Part shown: in pieces, positions 1-10,731 of the stretch
Numbering within the stretch: the first letter of the stretch is position 1
Layout of the letters: each line of letters starts with the position of its first letter
DNA from: Guillardia theta CCMP2712
Lineage: Eukaryota; Protista; Cryptophyta
Length of the DNA: 64,000 nt
NCBI RefSeq assembly: GCF_000315625.1
Contig: NW_005434579.1
Coordinates: 159,584 to 223,583 of the forward strand
Direction of reading: 5' to 3'
Program-made: the position numbers and the translations under genes
The notes under the pieces: model-generated
What the model was told of the DNA's origin: nothing
What the model saw: the letters and a program-made list of their open reading frames with translations, nothing else
Databases searched by the model: none

Positions 1-200
1 GAGGGAGGAGAGAGGAGAGAGAAACATTGAGGTAGGGAGGGAGGAGAGAGGAGAGAGAAACATTGAGGTAGGGAGGGCTGGAGGGAGGAGAGAGAAACAT
101 TGAGGTAGGGAGGGAGGAGAGAGGAGAGAGAGAAACATTGAGGTAGGGAGGGAGGAGAGAGGAGAGAGAAACATTGAGGTAGGGAGGGCTGGAGGGAGGA
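1..200. repeat. Intronic purine-rich minisatellite (core GAGAGAAACATTGAGGTAGGGAGG, 5 copies)
   Basis: AAACATTGAGGTAGGGAGG occurs five times in 1-190, inside a kinase intron. Confidence 0.85.
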
Positions 201-2894
201 GGAAGCGAGAGGTGATACCTGAAGAAAGGATGCTTCTTGATCACCAGCGCTCCTCCTGCCTTCCTCGAGCCGAACCGTTTTTCGTGTCCACCACCTTGAT
301 GGATGTCAGTGCATTGACGAGAACAAACGAACTAGGAAGCAGGAGCAGGACAACAACAGTAAGAGCAGGAGAAGGAGCAGCAGGAGCAGGAGAAGGAGCA
401 GCAGGAGCAGCAGCAGGAGCAGCATGAGCAGGAGCAGGGGCAGGTGGAGTACCAGGAGGCGACGGATGAGGTTGGAAGAAGCAGAGTTCAAGTGCTCAGG
501 AAGCTGAAATTTGGCCTGACAGAAGATAACCTCAGCTTGCAAAACAAGCTCAAAGGGAGGAGGAGGAGGAGGAGGAGGAGGAGGAGGAGGAAAAGAAGGA
601 AGAGAAGGGAGGAGGAAGAAGGCGACAGGTCAGAGGAGGAGGAGCAGGAGGAGCAGGTCAAGTAACTTGATGCTGACCATGCAGATGAGGGTGAGGCCGA
701 CGCGCGGGTCCTCGTGGTAGAAGGGCGGAAACCCGCAAAGCATCTCATAGATGGCGATGCCGAGAGACCACCAGTCGGAAGCAAAGTCATGCGGGAGCTG
801 CTTGACGACCTGAAGAGGAGGGGAAGAGCATGAGGAGAGGAGAGAGGAGAGAGGAGAGAGGAGAGAGGAGAGAGAGGAGAGAGGAGAGAGGAGAGACGAG
901 CGGAAAAGGAAAGTGACAGCGTGGTGGTGGTGGTGGAGGAGGAGGAGGAACTAGGAGGGCAATGCGAACACACAAGAACAAGGCTGGACGAGACGCTACA
1001 GTTACCTCAGGAGCAAGATGAGTCCACCGAACTCTCGGGACTGAAACCTGAATGGTGTAAAGGAGTTGAAGAGAAGCAGAACAGCGAAGGGGGAAATACA
1101 ACAGCTGGAGAAGGGAGGAGGGAGGGAGAGAGAGAGGGAGAGAGGGAGAGAGGGAGAGAGGGAGGAAGGGATGAAGGGAAGGAGGAAGGGAGGAAGGAGG
1201 AAGGAAATTTGTCTTTCCTCGCTGTGGTTTCACCTCGGAGAAGGTCGACGCTACTCCTTGGGTCATGTTTGATGCAACGTAGAAGCAGCTCTTGACGACT
1301 TGCCAGTTCTTATCTCTCGCTTCACTGACGTCCAGGGGGTCAGGAGGAGGGGAAGGCGATCAGGTCAAGACCTCCTCCTATAGAAGAATTCGATCATCCC
1401 CAGGGCAGGGTGCGGGGCTATAGTGCAGTTGCGATGCCGTTTTGCTGGTTTGGCCTCGACGGTGGTGGCTGACGTAAGCAGCTGTCAAGGAGGAGGGAGG
1501 AGGAGCGAGGAGAGGAGAGGAGAGGAGAGGAGAGGAGAGGAGATGAGAGGAGAGAGGGGCAGAAAGGGGGAGGGGAGGGGAAACGGCAGGGAGGGAGGGA
1601 AACTCGTCCCGCTCTTCATACCTGCGCTGAAGCTCATTAGCTTCAACCTTCCCTCAAGATCTAGCCCCCTGTCAAGTTGGAAGAATGAGGTAGACATGAG
1701 AGTGCTTTCATCGCAGGTCTTACATGCTTTCAAGGTGCAGATTTCGATGTACAAACCCTTTGGAATGCAGGTAGTGCAGAGCTACGACAGCCTGTGCGGC
1801 ATAGAGTTGACAAGTAGCGAACTTGTAGCGCTGAGGAAGAAAGGCCGTCAGCAGGGAAGCAGCAGGAGCCGCGTACCATCTCAGGCTGCATCCTGAGAAA
1901 CGTCTTGAGATCTCCACCTGCCTTCTCATCAGAGAGCACAAGCTCTGCTTTCCTCGCGTACCCAGCGCTGGCTCCATCAGAATGTAGAGGTGCTCCTCGT
2001 CGTGGAGGGTGCAGTTGAGCGGCACTCCAACGATGAAAGGATGGGCCAGGTAGAGTTGTCCAGTGATCGTGTCCCTGATAAGCTTGTCACATAGGAAACT
2101 GCAGTAGACAACAACAAACCCGTTCTGCAGGCAAGACTTCTCCTTAACAACGTCGTTCAACTGCCTGATGTGCAACAATTTCCTCTTGTCGTACGACTTG
2201 ATGGCAACAAGAGCCCCGTTGAACGGGTCAAACTTGAGCCGCACGACTCCCTTCCCTCCCACTCCCAGCCCGCCGCGCACCTACCACACGATCACCTTGC
2301 TCCTACACGCACATGCAGTTTCGTCCCTACCGCGTACCCATCCACGTCTCTTGGCTCCCGAAGCTGAGAGACTGACATGCTGCTCCCATCCACTAGCCTC
2401 CTCGCTAGCCCTCGAGCCTGGAGGGGACATATTCCGACCTCCTTAGCGCATTTCCTGCCGCACCGGCAGGCCAGCCAGTCAAAGGAGGAAGAGAAGATCT
2501 GTCCTTCCCTGATGGGATTCCGCAGCTCGACAGAATCATTCTTCTCTATGCTGAAAGCCACTTCCTTGCTCGCGCCATGCACGCTGCCTTGCTCGGCGTT
2601 CTTCAGGATTGCAGGCATCCGAACGCCCCCCTGAGCTCGCTTCTCTTCCTCCTTCCTCCTTGATGCCGGGCCTTCAGCGATGGGAGGTAGGACCGAAGCC
2701 GCATGCTTCAGTGGATCCTCTCTCCGTGCTGACTCCTCTGAGATGGAAGCCGCTCCTACCATCCCAGAGCGATCGCGAGCTCCATCGTCAGATGCTGGAG
2801 CTGCCTCCGACTCTTCCAGGCCCTCAAATCCTCTCAACTCTCTTGCTTGCTCTGCTCCTGTCCCTCCCCCTTCCCTTCGCATCCACCTGAACAT
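1..2894 (-). CDS. AGC-family (PKA/PKG-like) kinase-fold protein, probable pseudokinase; multi-exon, 3' end runs off the window
   Basis: Exons read in order: [41 protein letters not shown]...[103 protein letters not shown] (~219-290). ATG at 2894. Confidence 0.85.
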
Positions 2895-3039
2895 CCGAAA
2901 GTTAAGTATCAGCTCATCAGAGCTGCAAGCATCAGTGTGTTGTCAGCTCGACGCGTTGAAGAGGAGCGAGTGCTGGTGCCTATGGTGGGGAGGCGATGTC
3001 AAACCTTTCAACGGATATCGGCGGCAGACCTTTCGAGTG

Positions 3040-3650
3040 ACCGTACCGGCGGGGACCCGGGCGGCCGCGGCCGCCCGGCGACTCAGTGACGGACCGGATT
3101 GAGCGGCTGTGCGACAGTGTCAGGGTCGGCCAAGCCTCCTCGACTCTCATTATTGTCCTCGTACTGATTTTTAACTTAACTTTGAGTAAAAAGAGCGGCG
3201 GGTTGCTGAGTCACTCAGTGGCCGTGAGGCCTGCAGCCCTGTCACCTTTGGTTTACCGTACTGTACCGGTGACCGTCGGCGTACCGCTGAGGGACAGGAG
3301 AGTTTTGTTAGTCACGACTCTTTCAAGGGTCCCGGGTTAACCGTGAACCGTTTGAACAGTGTCAGGGTCAACTTGGCAAGCCTTGATTCACTCTCCGACT
3401 GATTCAGTGTCCTCATCTTTAACTTAACTTTGAGTAAAGTTAACTCGGCGCTATCAGTATCTTTTACTAGCCTAGCCCGAGTGCCAGGCCCAGTGGGGCA
3501 CGGCGGGGCGCCGCAGGAGATCCCGGTGGCAGCCTGCGCGCGGCGGCGCCCGGCCGGGCGCGGCCGGCCCGGGCCGGGCCGCCGCAGCCTGTTGTCGAAG
3601 TTGACAGATAAGTTAACGCCTTTGACTAGAGGACGGCGGCCACAAGCTCC
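3040..3650. repeat. GC-rich intergenic island with two copies of the dispersed element (3108-3190, 3361-3438, + orientation)
   Basis: Contains CCTCCTCGACTCTC..ATTGTCCTCGTACTGATTTTTAACTTAACTTTGAGTAAA; the same sequence recurs in other intergenic islands. Confidence 0.8.
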
Positions 3651-4087
3651 TGGCTCATCACCTTCTTTACTCATCACCAGTCTACTTGAATTCTCCGAAA
3701 CTTGAAAAGTATTTTTAAGATGTCAACTATATGTATTTTAGCACCGATCGCGACAGTACTGTACTATTATTGGCTGAAAATAATAATGTATTGACTGGCA
3801 ACTGCTCATAGAGCCCTACCTCTGCCTTCGCCGGAATTTTTTCTTTTTTTTCCTCCTTTCCGACAAGTTGAGTAAAGTTTTGTACCGGTTTGTTGAAAAT
3901 CTTTCCACCCCACAGTCGCAAACGCCCGAAGTCAACATGGGGGCGGTGGTAAGGGGGGGTGCTTGAAAAGGGAATTGGTGAGCAAGGGAGGGGTAGGGGT
4001 CGGTGCAGGTTTAAAAATCTTGTAAAGAATGTTCCGCGATTGTGAACGGATACGCGTGTACGGATTTGGAAGGGCCGCGCTAACGCC

Positions 4088-5280
4088 ATGGGACGGGCGA
4101 GAGCTTCCAACGCAAACAAGAGGCTCGGGATCCTGTTTGCTCGAGCCGTAAGTGCCTGCAAAGTTTGTTGCTAAGTCTTCTGCGCTCCTGTTTCATCCAA
4201 ATCTTATTCTTGTCGTGCAAAATTTGTTGTGACAAAGCTGACTGTGCTCTACTTTACAGGTGACGGCAGACGTGAAAGAAGCGAGCAAGTTTCGATCGTC
4301 CTACACTCTTGACAGAACCGGGAAGTTGTCTCTCTTTCGAGCCTTGTCTGCATTCATGCCATCAGCCATAAGGAATGAATGCAACCACGTCGGGAGGCAA
4401 GGCCTCACGTTGGTGGAATACAATAAGTGTCTGGAGCAGAATGGTTTCCCCAAGGTGAGATCAAGAAGCCCATTCTTAGAAGATGTGGAAAATTCCCAGA
4501 GTAAACATGCTCGAGGTATCTCGCGCTAACTTTTTTGTTTCAACTGATTTTCGGATAGGAATGAAATATTTCTTCGTGTGCAAGCGATGGTTGAATCCAA
4601 AACATTGCAATGATTTGAAGCTGCTGGATGCCGGATGGGAGGTTCTGAAAGACTTCTGTCCTGCACAAGATCTCTCGACGCTAAAGGCAAAATTCCTGCT
4701 CGTGTGCCAACAATTTCACGATGCTTGGGAAGAGGTACGCGTGCAAGCCTTGGCTTCTAAGTCATTGGAAATCGAACTTCAGGAATATGAGTGTGAACGA
4801 GCCCAGGACCGAGATCCTTCTTTTCTGCAGCCATCATCCTCTACTGTTTGCAGGATACACAATTCAAACCGTCGCTGCGAAAGTCACACACACAATTACG
4901 AAGGTGATACAGGGGAAACGGTGTCCATGTTTCACTACATTCCTTGTGGTCAATTAGCATCGGAATGTGCATCACTCAAACAGAACTGCTCAGGGACATG
5001 CCCAAGAACTACTTGTGAGGAAGATGATAACAACCAAATCCAATTTTTTGAAACACAAAAAGAATGGCCGGAGGCAGAAATCAACGATATTCTGGGTCCC
5101 GAAAGCTACGGAGGACAAACGGAACAACATGATGTTTATTTTCCAATGGTTCAGGAATTTTGTGACAGCGAGTGTCAGATTTGTGCCGTAAACATCATGC
5201 CAGTTTTCGACGGTAACCGCCGGGTGGACTGCAGTGAGCTGACTGACACCAGTTCACCCTGGTTTGATCGGACGACGTAA
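4088..5280 (+). CDS. Hypothetical protein, probably a lineage-specific family (multi-exon)
   Basis: ATG 4088 with GTAAGT donor at 4148. Exon 4260-4516 (LSLFRALSAFMP...GLTLVEYNKCLEQNGFPKVRSR) is followed by a short intron, then a long exon (GMKYFFVCKRWLNP...) to TAA at 5280. Confidence 0.65.
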
Positions 5281-5619
5281 CTTGTAATGTATCTTCTTCA
5301 AGTGACTCCGTCACCGTATCAGTGAAGCTCTGGCAGTCAGAGCAGCATCATCATCTAAGTGGATCATGAGTGTGTAAAGATTGGCCGCTCAGCCTGCGGT
5401 GGATCGCCGAGTCATCTCCCGGCTAGAACACTGTCATGCACCGCTCAGTTGATGGTGATAGGTACTACGGTACAGTCTCCGTGACTTGATGAATTAAAGC
5501 AGATGTATGTTCAACAATTTTGAGTAAAGGTGTCATGGTTCAACGTCTCAGTTGTCATTCACTAATGATCACGGCGGGCTGCCATGATTGTTTGCCAGTC
5601 CACGGTCATACTGCGATGC

Positions 5620-6424
5620 TTCTCGCCTCCCTCCGGACAGCTATCCAAGCTATTACTTGGTCTGCATTCAACGAGGAAGAAGCTGTTCCAGTGGAAGAAG
5701 ACGACATCTCCATGCTGCCCTTGGTGCGAGGGAAAGGAGGAAAGCTGGGTACATGTCCAGCCTGCCAGTTAACAACTTGAGCGCATGGTGGTCCTGTCCT
5801 CACACACAACAGAGTAATGGAAACAATCAAGGGATGCTTGATACAATGCTGGAAGAAAAAAACCATTGAACATGAGATTTGATGGCAAACACCAATCAAC
5901 TCTATAACAGGGCTAGGACTGTGTGTGCACCTGAACATGGCAATCTCATACCGGATGGGCTCTGCTACTTCAGAAGGTCCAATCACATTGTGCTAATGGA
6001 GATAGCACGAACTTCAGAGTTCACTGGCGAGGGAAGCAGCCTGGCAAATCTGAAAGCGAAGTTTCAGGAGAAGGAACAGAAATATGCAGCACTGCGGGCA
6101 GAGATGACAAGCCTAAGCAAGAACACTGAAGTAGCATCATGGAGCAGCAATGGACTACAAACTTCCGCAACCTGCTTATGGACGAGGATATAATCGACAG
6201 AGTCATGACCAAGGTAGTCATACAGCTGCTCGATGTGCAACACATGCTGTGGACCTCAAGGGGACGAGGAGATACAACCAACGAACCGGAACAACGGTGA
6301 GATAATCAGGAGACTGATAGGGATCAGGGTACCAAGGACCTGGCCAGCAAGAGGAACGAGAGAGACGGCGAGAAGAACAAGCATGAAGGATAGAGAAGGA
6401 TACAGTTACAAGACGACAGGGTAA
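5620..6424 (+). mobile_element. Decayed, 5'-truncated 3' end of a non-LTR retrotransposon with restriction-like endonuclease (RLE)
   Basis: Zinc-knuckle segment LLLGLHSTRKKLFQWKKTTSPCCPWCEGKEESWVHVQ, then after frameshifts PDGLCYFRRSNHIVLMEIA...KFQEKEQKYAAL (PD-x~13-E ... K-x-x-KY-x-x-L). This is the CCHC + RLE order of R2/CRE/NeSL-type elements. Stops and frameshifts present; no RT visible. Confidence 0.75.
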
Positions 6425-6503
6425 AGATCAACGGACAGACCGAGGTAGGGGAAGGCTCGCAGGCAAGCCACTTGAGATCAGCAACCTCGGCCCGGCCCGC
6501 CAG

Positions 6504-6782
6504 GAGTATGCAGACTGGCTCGAACGGAATGAGAGCTGTAGAAAGCAGGATCAGTAGACGCTTGTCATTGCAGTAAATGTAGCCAGACTACAACTCGATA
6601 TCTGCTGAGACATCAGTAACGAGCACATGCGCTCACATTGCATCTCGCGTTCATAGAAGCAGCCTGCTCTGTAGACAAGACCACTGGGTCACGAATGCAA
6701 CCGGTGGAAGGTAAGAGCGGGCAGGGCTTCTTTCTTTGTAGACTTGGTGGAGCATCGCGAGTCAAAGCTACGAGTCGTAGGA
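6504..6782 (+). repeat. Left arm of a 279-bp inverted repeat (partner 8268-8546)
   Basis: Reverse complement of 8268-8546, with two mismatches seen near the outer end. Confidence 0.95.
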
Positions 6783-8267
6783 GAGCTGGACAGCAGCTTG
6801 TCCTGCAGAAAAGTTATTTCTGACATAGTCTATTCTGATACTAGAACGTTTTGTTATAGCACGTCGTATTATGTAGTGAGTAGGAATAGCTATCAATACC
6901 AGTTTGAGGCGATACAAGTATGAGGAAATACTGACATCAATCGCGCTTTCTCTTCTATTGTACGTGCTAATGACTCTTCTCTTTCAGATGCTACCATTGC
7001 TACATGATGGCTTCAAGATCGCCAATCCATGCCTCAACAGAATGAATGCTGGATTGAACTCAAGGAGATATAAATATCAACATCCAAATATCATAGAGTC
7101 AGATGACATTCTCAGCTTTCCGAACGCCAGTCAAACTTGTAAGCCCAATCAACGACGACCTTGAGAAAGGGCGTCAGATGACAGGCAGTTATGTATGAAA
7201 CAGAAACATGAAACTCAAGTTGCAACTCTCTGCACGCAAAATCCACGTCGGGGGAGAAAGACATTCGAGTCAGCGCTCTGCGTGGATGCTTAGCGAGTGC
7301 CACCGTACAAAGGCTTTCTTGCACTTCATCCATCCCTTGTACACGTGTCACAATCTTACTGCGCGGTGTTATGTGCGAGAAACTTACAACATCATATCTT
7401 ACAATCGCAATAGCCAAAGCAAAATGTGGGGTACAAAGAATCTACTCTCGTTGTGTACTCTCTGACATGGGCTGCTATTCAGACAGACAGGCTACAGATA
7501 CCACTTCTCTTGGCCTGGTAACACTCGACTGTAACAACGGACCACAAGCTACTCACGCACAAGCAAAAGGCACAATGCAGTACTAACGGCCAGCTACCGA
7601 AGCCCAAGTACTTTCCGACTCTCCTCCGCCTCGACCAGTGAAACCCCTCTGCCCAGCATGAAATAACGGCACGTCGTGTTTTCTAGTCCCAAGAGAAGTT
7701 GGAGCCGGGGAGGGGAGGGCCCTCAGAGCCTGACGAGGGTGCGAGGACAAGGCTCCTCGCGCTGCCGCCATCCGATCCGATCCAGTGAGTGGGCAAGGCT
7801 GAGCTGAGAGCAGCGAGAAGCAGCACCCTCCATCTGTTCTCGTGTACGCCACTAGCTACCCCGACAGCCACGAGGCGTGCGGGCCGGCTCAAGTTTTGAT
7901 TGCGCTGGATCAGTTTATCTAGCCATGTAGAGGACACCGCGGCTCATCGCAATGCTCTCCAATAGTCTCATCATATCGCCTGTGATAAACTGCTTCAACA
8001 GCCCGTGACAGCCTCCCCCCCACTTCCCGTCCTCGCCCTTCCTCTCGTGCCCTCGTCCCGTCTTCTTCTTGCTTCGAGTCAGCTGGTCATTAGCCCTGCG
8101 CAACATGTCTTATGACAGTATATGGAGCACCTGTTCACAGATGTCGCGGACGTCGCCGTCAGCGTCAACCTGTTCTTTTGCAACATGTTGCGGGCAACTA
8201 CATCGTGTACGCCAACTTTGATCCTGTGCCTCTTGCTGAGATCTAACTGACCATCCCACAACTATCG

Positions 8268-8546
8268 TCCTACGACTCGTAGCTTTGACTCGCGATGCTC
8301 CACCAAGTCTACAAAGAAAGAAGCCCTGCCCGCTCTTACCTTCCACCGGTTGCATTCGTGACCCAGTGGTCTTGTCTACAGAGCAGGCTGCTTCTATGAA
8401 CGCGAGATGCAATGTGAGCGCATGTGCTCGTTACTGATGTCTCAGCAGATATCGAGTTGTAGTCTGGCTACATTTACTGCAATGACAAGCGTCTACTGAT
8501 CCTGCTTTCTACAGCTCTCATTCCATTCGAGCCATTCTGCATACTC
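8268..8546 (-). repeat. Right arm of the 279-bp inverted repeat; covers the last 17 codons, stop and 3' flank of the YubB-like gene
   Basis: Direct sequence comparison with 6504-6782. Confidence 0.95.
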
Positions 8547-9002
8547 GCGGTCTAGCCCAGCTTCGTCAACAATCTTTTTAGGCAGTCTGTCCCGCCAATT
8601 CGGGTCATGGAAGGTGTATTTCCAGGTCTTCTGAGATCCGCAGGCGTAGCGTCCAACCACCTCCGCAGCAGCTGAATGGAAAATGGCATCAACTATCCAG
8701 TCCCCGCCATCAGCAGATTCAAGATATTCGTAGAAAGGAATGGGTGGGGCCCATGCGGTCTCAAACTTCAGATGAAAGGAAAGGTCGTTGCGTTCCCATG
8801 TGGGATCTGAGACATCCCACTTGGTGCCCCAGTGCTCATAGGTCCAAAGGAACCAATCAGCCGAAGCTGGACATGGCAAGAAGTGCCCAAACAGTCCTAT
8901 TCTGTCCTTCCTGTCAAGCCCCTTGAGAAATGTCTCAAAGGATTGTGCTGTTACAGAACATGCGGCGCATATCATCACGCTGTTGAAGCACATGTCAGGC
9001 AT
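8493..9002 (-). CDS. YubB ferredoxin-like / DUF1281-type protein, intronless, phage/giant-virus-like (169 aa)
   Basis: N-terminus MPDMCFN (family MPNWCxN), plus EHWGTKWD and FETAWAPP motifs. ATG at 9002; no introns, unlike most neighbours. Confidence 0.8.
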   Translation of the reverse strand: MPDMCFNSVMICAACSVTAQSFETFLKGLDRKDRIGLFGHFLPCPASADWFLWTYEHWGTKWDVSDPTWERNDLSFHLKFETAWAPPIPFYEYLESADGGDWIVDAIFHSAAAEVVGRYACGSQKTWKYTFHDPNWRDRLPKKIVDEAGLDREYAEWLEWNESCRKQDQ

Positions 9003-9399
9003 ACTGTCTGTCACAACCTTGAGACCGCGGAGAGGCAAACAAGCCTCGCCCCACCCGAAATGGCCAGAAGGGGTGCGTGGTGTGTCCCTATGGTGGTCGG
9101 GCTAGGCGTTGCTTGGGGTGGGTCATCCTGGGTCTCGACAGGGGGTACCTGCAAGTTGTCTCGGTGGTGACCTTGCCCGAGGGAGGGTGGGGTAGGAAAC
9201 CCCACTGGGGCGGAGGGCAGGCAGCCGCCGCGGTAAGGCACTCGGACCTACCAGGGGCTTTGCTGTCTTTCTGACGGTCGGACCGGCACTTGAATAGCTC
9301 ATGGCCGGCACCACTGGCAAGTCACGGTTGACGGATGAACCAAACTAGTACCAAAGTACCTCGGCAGCAGAAGTGCACGATGATACCAGTTAGGGGTTG

Positions 9400-10440
9400 G
9401 GGTTACTAAGTTACTCGCCGGAATGATGACGTAATGACACTGTACACAGCACGTTCCGCCAAACTTGAAAGGCCTTTCTTCCCATCATCGCCAGCACTGA
9501 TGGACTCTTGCAGCCTCGGATGATGCGTTCAGTGCGCTTTCTGTGCCGGGTGGCTGGCGGATCGCTCGGCGAACCGTTGAACCGTTGATTGAAGGTGACT
9601 GGTTGAACGGCAGCGCTGGATGGTCTCTCGGCCTCGCAAGACGTCTCAGGTGACTCGGATCCGACTTGCAAACGCATCCGGTCCAGGATCCGAAGTTCGT
9701 CAGCTCAAGGCGGCCTCCCAATCCTTCGCTGCCCATGATTATCGCCCGGGGTGCACCGCGGCACGCGGCACTGCCGCACTGCGGCAAGTTCCGGTACCGT
9801 ACTGTACTGTCATGATCATCCGACGGCGGCGCGGCGTCCGAGTCATTCCAACACGGAGTCCGGACTGAGTCGCTGGCCATGGCCGGCCGCGCGGCCGCGC
9901 GCCGCCGGCCGGGGGGACTCTGATGGTCACTGTCACCGGGCCTGCGCGCACTGTTGACGTTAAGTGAACTTCGGTATCAGTAAAGTTTCGGGGGGACAGC
10001 AGTTGGCAGGATTAGGTTTGGTTCGCGGCTGTCTTTTCTCTCGGTCTCGCCGTTCCGTTTGAAAGTTTGGCCACCGGGTGCGGCCCGGGCCGGCGGGACC
10101 GTCGGACGGTACGGTCAAGCCTCCTCGACTCTCCTGATTGTCCTCGTACTGAGCCTGCCGCGGACAGCCTGAGTGGCACTCCGAGGCTCCCGAGTCCGGG
10201 CCCGGACGCACTGCCGCAGCCGCTGACTAAGTTCCGCCCCGGCGGGCCCGGTTGAAACTAGCACTGTCAGGTCAGTGAAGCGGCTCCTCGTTGTCCTGAG
10301 GTAACTGATTTTAACATTGGGTGACAGGCACAGGCTTGAGCCGCAGCGGTCATAGACCAGCCCCAGTGATCATCAACCATGGCCAGTACCGAACGGGCTC
10401 AACAGGTAACGGTCACGTAACGTTGACAGTGTGTCACGCT
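9400..10440. repeat. GC-rich intergenic island with an expanded copy of the dispersed element (10007-10152) and a partial copy (10266-10315)
   Basis: GCAGGATTAGGTTTGGTTC..CTGTCTTTTCTCT..TCTCGCCGTT..GGTCAAGCCTCCTCGACTCTCCTGATTGTCCTCGTACTGA aligns with the reverse complements of 41285-41400 and 41743-41774. Confidence 0.8.
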
Positions 10441-10731
10441 CCAGGGATTCTGAGACCCCACCTTCTTAGCCCTGTACTACCCCTACTTGTGCCACTTTAG
10501 AGAAAAGCTCGGAGCTCGCGGTCAATTATAGTAAGCCCGAGTGCAGGGGGGTGAAATGCTAGGATCTTCGTGGGGTAGTAGGTAATCTAACAAGGGGGTG
10601 GTCAGAATGTTCCCCTCCCCTGTGCTGGAGAATCGTATAGCCAAACCGTCTTGCTTCCGTTTCTTCCTGGTATCAACCGCGTTGCTGCTGATTCCTACCT
10701 TCGTCCCCCTTTGCTTCCTCTTATACCAGCC

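Noticed and set aside
1-200. GA-rich repeat at the window edge as a telomere or CRISPR-like array
   Set aside because: It follows a minus-strand GT donor inside the kinase gene, the spacers are only GA runs, and there are no cas genes.
6783-8267. Transposase gene between the inverted repeats (TIR transposon)
   Set aside because: Only short broken ORFs with no DDE or other recognisable motif, no target-site duplication seen, and one arm is simply a gene 3' end.
9480-9660. Faint resemblance to 5.8S rRNA
   Set aside because: The conserved 5.8S core (GATGAAGAACG) is absent.
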